From a virus (lineage: Duplodnaviria; Caudoviricetes): a stretch of 47,716 nucleotides of DNA. The position numbers and the translations under genes were made by a program. The stretch's first letter is position 1. Every line of letters begins with the position of its first letter. Below, one piece after another: positions 7,940 through 16,500 of this stretch. The notes beneath the pieces were generated by a model. It had not been told where the DNA came from and ran no database searches. It saw nothing but the letters and a program-made list of their open reading frames with translations. The stretch covers positions 1 through 47,716 of IMG/VR virus record IMGVR_UViG_3300027326_000001. One strand, given 5' to 3'.

Positions 7940-8070
7940 TAAGTCTTTTGTTTTCTATTATTTATCTTATATATTAATTTTTTTTAATGATATGAAGAAA
8001 AGAACCGGAAAGCATGAATTACCGGAAAATCGAAAGTTAATAAAAATTAACTAATATCAATAAAACCAAC
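7940..8070. other. AT-rich core (T-rich switching to A-rich), candidate DNA unwinding element
   Basis: ttttgttttctattatttatcttatatattaatttttttt...aaagttaataaaaattaactaatatcaataaaa, in the divergent intergenic region. Confidence 0.55.
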
Positions 8071-8211
8071 TACTATCACTCAAGACTACTCTCTGGTTGA
8101 CCGAGAGCCTGACTGCCAACATTCCGGGTGGGAGGGTCTGATTTATAATGGGACAGGTTTCTACCTTTTCTACGCTAACACTAACATTCTAAAGGCTTTA
8201 ACCTGATTTCA

Positions 8212-8272
8212 ATGGGCTCAAGATGGGTTGAGATTGGGCTTGACATAGGCTTAGAATGGGGTTAAGCTAGGG
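8212..8272 (-). repeat. Helically phased (A)TRGGYT array (right; inverse of the left array)
   Basis: G-runs at 8214, 8225, 8236, 8247/8, 8258 and 8270. The reverse complement of 8212-8228 matches 7693-7709 at 16/17 positions. Confidence 0.8.
8240..8268 (+). promoter_or_regulatory. Sigma70-type promoter of the wHTH gene, embedded in the right repeat array
   Basis: TTGACA-N17-TAAGCT, followed by GAGG RBS and ATG 8285. Confidence 0.8.
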
Positions 8273-8284
8273 ATCGAGGTATAC

Positions 8285-8665
8285 ATGGCAGCCACCCACA
8301 AAAGGCGAAAGAAAGGCGAAGTTCGTTTAGAATCAACGACTTCAGATCCAACTAATTTTTTAGATACATTAGTTAACTCGACCCTAACTACCAAGGCGCT
8401 AGTCTATAAGATCCTCGCGCAGCGTGGGCCATACACCGCGAAACAACTAGTAGATGAATGTCAGAAGTTAGGCAAGGTCAATACTAGTTATTTCTCAGTT
8501 CTAGCCGCGATTCGAGCCCTAAAAAGCATCGATGTAATAGTTAAGGTTAACGGAGGATACGCAATCCAAAATTGGGAAGAAATAGGAGAGACGCCGCACG
8601 CTAGTGATTGTCCGATATGGGTCGGAGAGACTTGCTCATGTATTACAGGTAAGACAATAGATTAA
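8285..8665 (+). CDS. Winged helix-turn-helix DNA-binding protein
   Basis: 'LVYKILAQRGPYTAKQLVDEC...SYFSVLAAIRALKSIDVIVKVNGGYAI' fits a wHTH with beta wing. Basic N-terminus; C-terminal H..C.....C.C. Confidence 0.7.
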   Translation: MAATHKRRKKGEVRLESTTSDPTNFLDTLVNSTLTTKALVYKILAQRGPYTAKQLVDECQKLGKVNTSYFSVLAAIRALKSIDVIVKVNGGYAIQNWEEIGETPHASDCPIWVGETCSCITGKTID

Positions 8666-8686
8666 AGAATTTTAATCTAAAGGGGC

Positions 8687-8715
8687 TTGACTTCTAGTAA
8701 GCGAATTGCTATACT
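8687..8715 (+). promoter_or_regulatory. Strong sigma70-type promoter
   Basis: TTGACT-N17-TATACT with TG extended -10. Confidence 0.85.
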
Positions 8716-8735
8716 AAAAAAGTGAGAGAAAAGAA

Positions 8736-9410
8736 ATGAATCCAACAGATCCGATTTACGGTGATAATTTCTCACAGCCACCAATCGAACCAATCGATGA
8801 TCGCGCTAAGTTACAGGCGCGAATTGAGAATTTAGAACGTGATCTAGGAATTATCCAGCGCGGTAAAGAAGCTGCCGAACGTTGTCTCAAATATGAGAGA
8901 GAACGGGCTCGTGAACTCGCGCAGAATGGTACTCTATCGTTAAAGAGAGATTGGATTGGATTAGTTAATGAATTTAAACTAATTCAAGGTCAAGTTATTG
9001 AAAACGGCACTGAGAAAGACACGGAAGAATACCAGGAAGCGTTAGCTATCGACTTCGTTAATCGTCTACGAATGGGATTTCTGGCAGATTTCGAGACGGA
9101 AGATAACGAAACCTTATTCGTAAAAAGTAGAGCATACGAAGTCGCCTATAAATGCTGCACGTACGTTCTGAAGGGGCGCGCGGTTAAAATCAAGATCGAT
9201 AATAATGTCGAATTTGATAAGACTCAGAAAGAAATTAAAGAACGTAAGATCGCCGAGGCGTCTTCTAAGCATGAGAAACGTCGAAGGACGCCAGAGGAAA
9301 AGATAGTAGAATCCTGTATGGCGTTAGGTATGACTGAAGAACAGGCTTACGAACATATCCGAAATATGAAGGCGCAAGCTAAAGATATCTTGACACCGAC
9401 GAATAAGTAG
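8736..9410 (+). CDS. Hypothetical coiled-coil protein
   Basis: 224 aa, charged helical segments. Confidence 0.8.
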   Translation: MNPTDPIYGDNFSQPPIEPIDDRAKLQARIENLERDLGIIQRGKEAAERCLKYERERARELAQNGTLSLKRDWIGLVNEFKLIQGQVIENGTEKDTEEYQEALAIDFVNRLRMGFLADFETEDNETLFVKSRAYEVAYKCCTYVLKGRAVKIKIDNNVEFDKTQKEIKERKIAEASSKHEKRRRTPEEKIVESCMALGMTEEQAYEHIRNMKAQAKDILTPTNK

Positions 9411-9418
9411 AGTAGAAT
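9390..9418 (+). promoter_or_regulatory. Sigma70-type promoter, probably giving a leaderless mRNA
   Basis: TTGACA-N17-TAGAAT. ATG 9425 lies 7 nt after the -10 box. Confidence 0.75.
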
Positions 9419-9424
9419 ACTTCT

Positions 9425-9691
9425 ATGATTAACTTAACGTACTGGGAAGATCCTAGAATAAAGCTTACGGAGGATGATTTCGATGAAATACTTACCGTAC
9501 ATCTGAAGACAGTAAAACAAATTCCAGATTTGATTGCTCACAAACCTAAGAATTGTACTATGATTAGTACGGAGCACTCGTATGAGCGTACTTTAAAGAA
9601 TGGTAAGAAAACTAATTTCTTTAAAGAACTATGGCGTGTAGGTCAACCAGTACCGTTGAAAATTGGTAAATGCCCACTTTGCGGAAAGTAA
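9425..9691 (+). CDS. Hypothetical protein with C-terminal CxxC
   Basis: 88 aa ending CPLCGK. Confidence 0.7.
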   Translation: MINLTYWEDPRIKLTEDDFDEILTVHLKTVKQIPDLIAHKPKNCTMISTEHSYERTLKNGKKTNFFKELWRVGQPVPLKIGKCPLCGK

Positions 9692-9712
9692 CGTATATTA
9701 AAAGAGCGAAAA

Positions 9713-11392
9713 ATGAAAAACATTGTCCGATGTCCATATTGCGCCAAGCAAGTAACGGTAGAGAATGAAGAAAGGTCCGAAGGTTTCGGTACTATATTTC
9801 AGACATTCTCATGTGGACATACGATAACCGAGGAAATCGTCGCGCTTCGCGCCCCTTCGACTGGTAACAAGTTCGTTTGTAGACTCCACCTAGTAGTATG
9901 CAACAATGGGAACCGCGCGGAGCATAGTGAATGTCAGTATGATGGCGCAGAAGCAGTAGTTGAGATTCCTGAAGAACGACACCCCGTTTATTCGAGAGCA
10001 ATGGAATTCCAGAAGACCGGAGTAGAATTCCTAGAGCGTTCTAATTTCAACGCGGCTCTCTTAGACGAAATGGGATTAGGTAAAACGATTCAACTATTGC
10101 TCGCTCTGCGTCATCATAAGGAAGCTTTAACACCGACTCTGATTGTAGTAAAAGCTTCGCTCAAACTTAATTGGGCGAGAGAAATGGTAAATAATGGATG
10201 GGTTTCCGATAAGGATGATCCGACCGATTACCCTTTCATTCTGATGGATGGTAAGAGTAGCCTGATTCCCGGTTTCAAGTATTACATCGTTCCAATGAGT
10301 CTACTGGAGAAATATAAGAAAGAGTTAGCCGCGTTCGGGTTTAAGCTACTCTTAGTAGATGAGTCTCAGGCATTCTCTAACACGCAAACGAAACGTACGG
10401 TAGCCCTACTTGAAATCGCGCGGAATATACCACATAGGATATGTGCTAGCGGAACTCCAGTATTGAATCGAGCTAGCGAATACTTCCCTACTCTGAATTT
10501 GATTAAGCCCGCGCATTGGAATAACTATGCGTCGTTCGTACGTCAGTGGATTGAAGAAGAACAGAATGAGAATGGTTCTAAGAAACTCAAAGGTATTAAA
10601 CCTTGGCGTAGAGATGAATTCTTCGCGCGTACTAGTGGTTATATTCTAAGACGTAAGAAACGCGACGTTCTAAAAGACCTTCCGAAATTTCAGCGTCATT
10701 TCATGGTGGTCGATATTAGTGAGAGCGCGGTAAAGAATGCCTATAATCAAGAGAGTACGTTACTAAATAACTACTTGAACTCGAAAGCATATTACGAAGC
10801 TTCGGGATTCGAGAAAGCTGGTACGATTCTCGGTTATATGATGCGTATGCGCCACCTATGTGGTATCGGTAAAGCAATAATTTGCGTAGAGCAAGCAATA
10901 GAATTCATGAATCAGACTGACGATGACCAGAAATTGATTATCGGTTGTCATCATGACGATGTTATGGACAATTTGAAATTTGGATTAAGCGAGTATAATC
11001 CAGTCGTTCTCGGTAGTGGAATCGATGATTTGGAGAGAACGCGAAAGATAGAAGAATTCAAGAAACCTAATCGTAGAATCTGTATTGCTAAGATTCTAGC
11101 TTCGGGAGAAGGATTAAATCTCCAATTCTGTTCTAATATGATCGTGTTAGAACGTATGTGGAATCCCGGTAAGGAAGAACAATTCGAAGCTAGGATCGAT
11201 CGATACGGACAACTAGAACCTACGCACGCCGATTACATAATAGCATCGGGGACGGTTGACGAAGATTTTAGTACTCTAGTAGAGGAAAAAAGACAGATTT
11301 GTGGTGGTAGCCTAGATCCTGATTTTGATTTCGAGACTAACGTTGAACTACTCACGATGTTAGCGGAACGGGCAGCCACTAGACGACTTTAG
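9713..11392 (+). CDS. SNF2-family (HARP/SMARCAL1-like) helicase/ATPase with N-terminal Zn motifs
   Basis: LLDEMGLGKT (motif I), VDESQ (II), SGTP (III), LRRKKRDV, GEGLNLQ (V), QFEARIDRYGQ (VI). N-terminal CPYC...CGH. Confidence 0.93.
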   Translation: MKNIVRCPYCAKQVTVENEERSEGFGTIFQTFSCGHTITEEIVALRAPSTGNKFVCRLHLVVCNNGNRAEHSECQYDGAEAVVEIPEERHPVYSRAMEFQKTGVEFLERSNFNAALLDEMGLGKTIQLLLALRHHKEALTPTLIVVKASLKLNWAREMVNNGWVSDKDDPTDYPFILMDGKSSLIPGFKYYIVPMSLLEKYKKELAAFGFKLLLVDESQAFSNTQTKRTVALLEIARNIPHRICASGTPVLNRASEYFPTLNLIKPAHWNNYASFVRQWIEEEQNENGSKKLKGIKPWRRDEFFARTSGYILRRKKRDVLKDLPKFQRHFMVVDISESAVKNAYNQESTLLNNYLNSKAYYEASGFEKAGTILGYMMRMRHLCGIGKAIICVEQAIEFMNQTDDDQKLIIGCHHDDVMDNLKFGLSEYNPVVLGSGIDDLERTRKIEEFKKPNRRICIAKILASGEGLNLQFCSNMIVLERMWNPGKEEQFEARIDRYGQLEPTHADYIIASGTVDEDFSTLVEEKRQICGGSLDPDFDFETNVELLTMLAERAATRRL

Positions 11393-11406
11393 TTAGGAGT
11401 AATTAA

Positions 11407-11673
11407 ATGAGATTAACTCCGACTCAACTATACTACTTAAGACGATTAGCTACGCGAGAAATAATATTGAGTGAATTACGTAAGTGGGATCAACGCCCAT
11501 TACGTGGGTTATTTTTAAGAGGATTGTTCAGCTTAACTAAGGATTTCACTGCTAGAATAACTAGTACCGGATGGGATGTAGTTAAGTTGACTTCAGAACC
11601 TAAATTTCGTAAGAATGCGAATGCTCCAATATTTAAAAGCGATAGCATTACAAAAGTTAAGGTAGCAAAGTGA
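11407..11673 (+). CDS. Small basic wHTH-like protein
   Basis: MRLTPTQ...LFLRGL...ARITSTGW. AGGAG RBS. Confidence 0.65.
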   Translation: MRLTPTQLYYLRRLATREIILSELRKWDQRPLRGLFLRGLFSLTKDFTARITSTGWDVVKLTSEPKFRKNANAPIFKSDSITKVKVAK

Positions 11674-11762
11674 AATCAAACGGACTACTAGCTTTCCTTT
11701 ACACGCTACTTTTGATAGCGTTGACAATATTGGCTCACTACTACGACTTAAAGTTTAATTAG
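11670..11762 (+). CDS. 30-aa membrane peptide (not in ORF track)
   Basis: GTG overlapping the previous stop (GTGA): MKSNGLLAFLYTLLLIALTILAHYYDLKFN*. Confidence 0.45.
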   Translation: MKSNGLLAFLYTLLLIALTILAHYYDLKFN

Positions 11763-11780
11763 GACTAGGAGATTCTAGAA

Positions 11781-11945
11781 ATGAAATGCCCCGAATGCCA
11801 TTACGAACCAATGGCGTACTACGAAAGGACTAGTGTGGATACTGAATTAGTTAGCATGAAAGTAGAATGGTGGGAGTGTCCTAGTTGTAACCACGTAGTT
11901 ACGGTTGAAGACTTAGAGGATTTGAAAGAGAATGAAACTAAGTAA
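11781..11945 (+). CDS. 54-aa zinc-ribbon protein (not in ORF track)
   Basis: AGGAG RBS; MKCPECHYEPM...WWECPSCNHVVTVEDLEDLKENETK*. Confidence 0.75.
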   Translation: MKCPECHYEPMAYYERTSVDTELVSMKVEWWECPSCNHVVTVEDLEDLKENETK

Positions 11946-12156
11946 CGCTGCTAGAGACATTCTCCGAGGAAATTGGCCTATCTACGAAACTAGTAGGGTT
12001 AATAGACTAGCCTTATTCGAATTAGTAGAGAGTGGACTAGCCATCCGTACCAAAGATCGCGCCGGAATATACTGGACTCTAACTATTAAAGGATGGGATG
12101 AACGTGTCCTACTCAATAGTGGAAAGGAACCTTATGATCCAATCGATTCCAAGTAG
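11932..12156 (+). CDS. Small wHTH-like protein
   Basis: 'LFELVESGLA...YWTLTIKGW', similar in style to the 11407 protein. Confidence 0.65.
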   Translation: MKLSNAARDILRGNWPIYETSRVNRLALFELVESGLAIRTKDRAGIYWTLTIKGWDERVLLNSGKEPYDPIDSK

Positions 12157-12310
12157 ACCATTCTACGTACTAACGCCAGTATTCGATAATAATCCTATGG
12201 TAACGTTTACACCGCAGGAATATCATCAAATAATCGCATTAGTGATAGAGAACGTAGTAGAAATCGCTAAGAATTGGGAATTCTACCGAAATCGACGTTT
12301 CGACCTCTAG
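12134..12310 (+). CDS. Hypothetical protein (start revised to ATG 12134)
   Basis: AAGGA RBS before ATG 12134 (MIQSIPSRP). Confidence 0.55.
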   Translation: MIQSIPSRPFYVLTPVFDNNPMVTFTPQEYHQIIALVIENVVEIAKNWEFYRNRRFDL

Positions 12311-12331
12311 ATTAAGAGATAGGAGAGTAAG

Positions 12332-13018
12332 ATGACTCAGGAAGAACGAACGAGAATCACCGAGAAAATTCGCAAAGTTCTAGCACTCGCGTCCGATCCG
12401 TCTATTACGGAAGGTGAACAGAATAACTATCGACGGCGCGCACGTATTTTGATGGAAACTTTCTGTATAGCTCACATCGAAGATCCATCGACTAGTGAGG
12501 GAGTTATAGAAGTTAAGTTTCAGCCGAATGGAATACTAATAACACGAAGTCTATTCGAAGTTCTCCCGCTAGTTTTAGAACCGATCGCCCGCTACTTAGG
12601 TTGTTTTACGATAATTCGCCGAAAGGATGACATACGCTTCGAAGAATTCGTAGGATACCGCCCCAATATTGAGATTGTTCAATATACGGTTGACGTAGTT
12701 CTTAGACAGGGATCGAAAGAATACCGCTCTCTATATAGATCCAATCGATCAATCACGTTAGGTGATTCGTACTGGCTTGGATTCGCTGCGGGAATACGAG
12801 ATAAGTTTAAGTTAGACTCAGAACCGGAAGGTAAAGGTCTAGTAATTTACAATAAAGTAAAGGAACATCTTGATCGTATCACGGGAGGTAAAACCGCTAA
12901 AATCGGGTACGGAATGGTAAATGCCGATCATTATAAGAGCGGTAAGACCGTTGGTGAGAATGTAGTAGTTCATACTGGAATAGGGACCAGTTCCAATAAG
13001 GGGAATCTTCTAAAATGA
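12332..13018 (+). CDS. DUF2786-domain protein
   Basis: N-terminal KIRKVLALA...EGEQ...ARILM; later SYWLGFAAGIRDK motif typical of this family. Confidence 0.75.
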   Translation: MTQEERTRITEKIRKVLALASDPSITEGEQNNYRRRARILMETFCIAHIEDPSTSEGVIEVKFQPNGILITRSLFEVLPLVLEPIARYLGCFTIIRRKDDIRFEEFVGYRPNIEIVQYTVDVVLRQGSKEYRSLYRSNRSITLGDSYWLGFAAGIRDKFKLDSEPEGKGLVIYNKVKEHLDRITGGKTAKIGYGMVNADHYKSGKTVGENVVVHTGIGTSSNKGNLLK

Positions 13019-13257
13019 CTACAGTGGAATCGAAAGTCGTTAAACTCAACGAATTAATAGAACAAACTACTCATCAGTTGATCGAGATTCAGAAAACTAA
13101 AGTGGTAGAGAGTATCAAACCCGCGATTAGTAGAATTCTTCGCGATTTAATATTAGTGGCTATAGACGGCGCGCGTCAAGAAGTGGGCGCGTATGGAACT
13201 AATACGCATTCCTACGATTCAGTTAATGCATTCTATGTACTGGTTAAGAACAAATGA
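13015..13257 (+). CDS. Hypothetical protein
   Basis: ATGA overlaps at both ends. Confidence 0.7.
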   Translation: MTTVESKVVKLNELIEQTTHQLIEIQKTKVVESIKPAISRILRDLILVAIDGARQEVGAYGTNTHSYDSVNAFYVLVKNK

Positions 13258-14138
13258 GAGAATCCGAACGTAAGAGACGTAGCGGAAAGAATCGTCTAGT
13301 TTTAGCAATGGATTCTCAGGCATTAAACGCGGCTCAAGTTTGTAAACGACTCTATTACTTAACTAAAGCTGAGAAGTTAGTGCGGATTGGTTCCAAGCGG
13401 GCTTACGAAATCGGTACGATGGTACACGATATTATGCATCGGGTAACGCGCGCCAAACTAAACCGCCGGATATTTACGCAAGCTCAACTATTGGAAATCG
13501 GGTACAAAGTAATCCGACGGGCGCATCTGCGCGGTTTGTTGGACGAAGATGCTTTAGTATTCCACACGGTTAAATATACGCAATATGTATCGTGGTTCCA
13601 GAATCAAGAAAGGTACTATAAACCGCTCGGTAACGAAGTACGATTCTCTAAGCTTCTCTATGAAGATATGGACGTAATATTCGCATACGAGGGGCGTATA
13701 GACTTGGTTTTACGAATCGAACCAGCGGGTATTAATGCATGGGCTGATTATAAGACTCAGGGACGCGATTACTCGATTTACACGAATAGGAATCAATTTT
13801 TAGGCTACTCATGGGCGATTGATACGAATATAGGATTCATAATTTACTACGGACTCCAGAAAGAAAAGTCAGATCCGTTTAGATTAGAACCAATTTCGCA
13901 TCCTAGTGGATTAATTGAACAATGGAAGCAAGATACAATACGGACATATCGGGATGTATTAGCTAGAATCCCGTTCGGAGAAGACGCATTCGAACGAAAT
14001 CGGTCAGCGTGTGATAGTGGAAAATTCGGAAATTGTCCGTTTATTCCAATATGCGATAACTCATGGGTAGCTCCGCCAGTACAAGAGGGAATTAGGAGAA
14101 ATTTTTTCAAAGAATCAGATTGGACACCTTGGAAATGA
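13254..14138 (+). CDS. Cas4/RecB-like PD-(D/E)XK exonuclease
   Basis: C..R.YY, GTMVH, E, GRID, DYKT, NQFLGY, and C-terminal C...C..C completing a 4-Cys Fe-S staple. Confidence 0.88.
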   Translation: MRESERKRRSGKNRLVLAMDSQALNAAQVCKRLYYLTKAEKLVRIGSKRAYEIGTMVHDIMHRVTRAKLNRRIFTQAQLLEIGYKVIRRAHLRGLLDEDALVFHTVKYTQYVSWFQNQERYYKPLGNEVRFSKLLYEDMDVIFAYEGRIDLVLRIEPAGINAWADYKTQGRDYSIYTNRNQFLGYSWAIDTNIGFIIYYGLQKEKSDPFRLEPISHPSGLIEQWKQDTIRTYRDVLARIPFGEDAFERNRSACDSGKFGNCPFIPICDNSWVAPPVQEGIRRNFFKESDWTPWK

Positions 14139-14159
14139 GATCGAGAGAGAGCTAAGAGA

Positions 14160-14450
14160 ATGAAAGACAATTTGCACAAGTTACACAAGTATCAGCGGGT
14201 AAGAAACCATCCGAAAGGTCGGCGCGATCTATTCATGTGTATGGACCCGCATTGCAAACATCGTATTAATGCAATCTGGTTAGATGGACGCGCGGCAGAA
14301 TGCTACTATTGCGGAGAAGAATTTATTATTACGAAGAAGAAACTTCAGAAGCAAGGTTATCTTCATTGTGATAATTGTAGGCGCGGAGGTAAGCCCCCGA
14401 GTCTACTAAATTTAGAGGATCTAACTAATCGATTGGGAGAGATTCTATGA
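14160..14450 (+). CDS. Zinc-finger protein
   Basis: HKY...CMDPHC...CYYC...CDNC. Confidence 0.75.
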   Translation: MKDNLHKLHKYQRVRNHPKGRRDLFMCMDPHCKHRINAIWLDGRAAECYYCGEEFIITKKKLQKQGYLHCDNCRRGGKPPSLLNLEDLTNRLGEIL

Positions 14451-14626
14451 GCGATTCGACTAAGAAAAGAGGTTTAGTAGCAGTCCTAGTAGTAGAAGAT
14501 GAGTACTTAGAAAGAACTAAATCCGCGCTAAGGGGATTACTGATCCCTTACTACGAAATGAATGGTTATTTCGCAATGGAGCAATTCACTACTTTAGAAG
14601 AAGTCGAATTTTGGGATAAAAATTAA
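14447..14626 (+). CDS. 59-aa hypothetical protein (not in ORF track)
   Basis: ATGA overlap and GGAG RBS; MSDSTKKRGLVAVLVVEDEY...EFWDKN* abuts the next ATG. Confidence 0.7.
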   Translation: MSDSTKKRGLVAVLVVEDEYLERTKSALRGLLIPYYEMNGYFAMEQFTTLEEVEFWDKN

Positions 14627-15493
14627 ATGCCCACTAACGCATTCGACCTAAAACCCGATCGGCGTATACACGCTCTACTAGTTGGACCGTCTGGAGTAGG
14701 TAAAACTGCCGCAGCTTGTAGTTTTCCAGGAAGAACTTTTATTCTCGATTTCGATGATCGGGCGAAAGGAGCGATTCTAGGATCGGAATTTCTTCAAGAG
14801 AAGGTCCAAAAGAAAGAAATCGAAATCGAGCGTATTCTACCTTGGCGTGGTAAGACTCCGATCGGTCTAAAGGATGTCTACTCTTTCTTAGAATCCGTCG
14901 ATACCAGAGTAACGAAGGGAGAAATAGATAACGTTATTTTAGATTCTACTACTTCACTCAAACGTTTCTTCGTAAACGACTCGATTAATCACGATTTAAC
15001 TACGAGTGGAAAATCCAATTCTCTTGCTCATTTCAAGATAGGTGAAGCAGTATTAGGTCAGAAACAAGATTATAACTACGCGGCAACGTGTATGCTTAAC
15101 GTAATATACGATAATCTTAAAACGTTCGCGTGCAATCTATTCGTATCGACACATATCAAGGATAAGACCGTATCGTCACCTACACCAGAGGACCCGGAAC
15201 GAGTTATAGTAACAGGTGAAACTATTACAGCACCGGGTCAGCTAACTATTGAAATTCCGTCATGGTTTGACGAGGTTTGGGAATTTCAAGTCGATGTAAC
15301 TAATAAAGCTCTACCACCCAAGCGATTCGTAGTGTTTCAAGGAAAGTGGGGACGTACGTCGTTTCGAGGATTGGGACAATATAACGAAAAAGGCGTATGG
15401 ACTCCCACTCATAAATTCGATATTACAGATAAGGCATTATATCAAGTTTTAAAACCTACACTAGATAGGTTAGTAGAAACTAAACCGAAATAG
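14627..15493 (+). CDS. Sak4-like (AAA_24) RecA-fold ATPase / ssDNA annealing protein
   Basis: GPSGVGKT, ILDFD, VILDSTT, VSTH, IPSWFDEVW. Located between an exonuclease and an SSB. Confidence 0.85.
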   Translation: MPTNAFDLKPDRRIHALLVGPSGVGKTAAACSFPGRTFILDFDDRAKGAILGSEFLQEKVQKKEIEIERILPWRGKTPIGLKDVYSFLESVDTRVTKGEIDNVILDSTTSLKRFFVNDSINHDLTTSGKSNSLAHFKIGEAVLGQKQDYNYAATCMLNVIYDNLKTFACNLFVSTHIKDKTVSSPTPEDPERVIVTGETITAPGQLTIEIPSWFDEVWEFQVDVTNKALPPKRFVVFQGKWGRTSFRGLGQYNEKGVWTPTHKFDITDKALYQVLKPTLDRLVETKPK

Positions 15494-15502
15494 GAGATCA
15501 AA

Positions 15503-15838
15503 ATGGATCTACGAAGTGTCTATCATTTCGCTATGGACGGATTGGTTGCAAAAAAGCGAGAGATAGAAAGACAGATGACAGAAATAGCTACTCTATTAGA
15601 GAAAGAAATAGAAGTAGCGGAGAAAGAAAATCCACCAGACAGACCACTAGGAGAAGCTAAACCTTACGAAATTCCAAAAGTAGTTCTGGTCAAGGATGGA
15701 ATCGCGCCCGACCTAGCGGGAGATTCAACTCCTAAGAAAAAGCGAGTAATGAGCGCGCAAGGTAAGGCCAATCTCCGAAAGGCGTTGAAAAAACGATGGA
15801 GAGAATTTCACAGAGCGAAGAAAGCGGGGGAAATCTAA
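15503..15838 (+). CDS. Basic nucleoid-associated-like protein (N-terminal coiled coil + C-terminal basic helix)
   Basis: 'KKKRVMSAQGKANLRKALKKRWREFHRAK' with an N-terminal 'GLVAKKREIERQMTEI' helix. Confidence 0.65.
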   Translation: MDLRSVYHFAMDGLVAKKREIERQMTEIATLLEKEIEVAEKENPPDRPLGEAKPYEIPKVVLVKDGIAPDLAGDSTPKKKRVMSAQGKANLRKALKKRWREFHRAKKAGEI

Positions 15839-15839
15839 A

Positions 15840-16019
15840 ATGTTCAAACTCTATTGCAGTATGTGCGGTGAACTAACCGCAGTAGTAGAAGATACTAAAA
15901 AAGGCGAAGCAGTTAAGGATATTCTAGTATGCACAGATTGTGCTGAGGCGGAAAATTCCCCGGAGTTAGAGGAAGAAGACGAAGTAGCAGAAGAGGAAGA
16001 GGAGAAAGAGGAAAAGTAA
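15840..16019 (+). CDS. 59-aa zinc-ribbon protein with poly-Glu tail (not in ORF track)
   Basis: MFKLYCSMCG...VCTDCAEAENSPELEEEDEVAEEEEEKEEK*. TAATG overlap with the SSB gene. Confidence 0.75.
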   Translation: MFKLYCSMCGELTAVVEDTKKGEAVKDILVCTDCAEAENSPELEEEDEVAEEEEEKEEK

Positions 16020-16408
16020 TGGGAATCATTAAGATTACAGACAACGATATCAACCGATCCAAACCACCAGATTCCGGTTGGCATTTAGGAACTATCGAGA
16101 AATTCGATTCTTCCCCTTCGAAAGATAAGAAGTCGGAGAATTGGGTATTCGAGATAGTAATCTCGGAAGGCAGCGATATGGATGGTCGATTCATGTTCGC
16201 TCGCTTCAATTCCAAGATGCCTGGAATGCTAATCTCCACTGGATTCTTACCAGCGGCGCTCGATAATCCCCAGATGACCGGATTGGAATTCTCGCCTGAG
16301 GAATTATATGGCAAGCAACTTTACTGCGAAGTAAAGGACGACGTATACGAAGGTAAGATTCAGAAACGCACTGTTGCGTATGCGCCCGCATCGAAACCTC
16401 CATTCTAG
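16019..16408 (+). CDS. Probable single-stranded DNA-binding protein (DUF669-like OB fold)
   Basis: PPDSGWHLGTI...SKD...FEI...GR...LYGK...YEGK, aromatic C-terminus 'PF'. Near Sak4. Confidence 0.7.
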   Translation: MGIIKITDNDINRSKPPDSGWHLGTIEKFDSSPSKDKKSENWVFEIVISEGSDMDGRFMFARFNSKMPGMLISTGFLPAALDNPQMTGLEFSPEELYGKQLYCEVKDDVYEGKIQKRTVAYAPASKPPF

Positions 16409-16433
16409 ACTAGTTAACTAGAGTGGACGAAAG

Positions 16434-16483
16434 AGGGACTCGCCCTGGGGACTCGCTTGTATAGGGGTCCCTATTCGTATTTC
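16434..16483 (+). terminator. Possible terminator hairpin after SSB
   Basis: agggactc...ggggtccct followed by attcgtatttc. Confidence 0.4.
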
Positions 16484-16500
16484 TATCGAGGAGTACTAGA

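Noticed and set aside
13254-14138. Cas4-like gene as part of a CRISPR-Cas system
   Set aside because: No repeat-spacer array or other cas genes. It sits with Sak4 and SSB, as a typical phage recombination exonuclease does.
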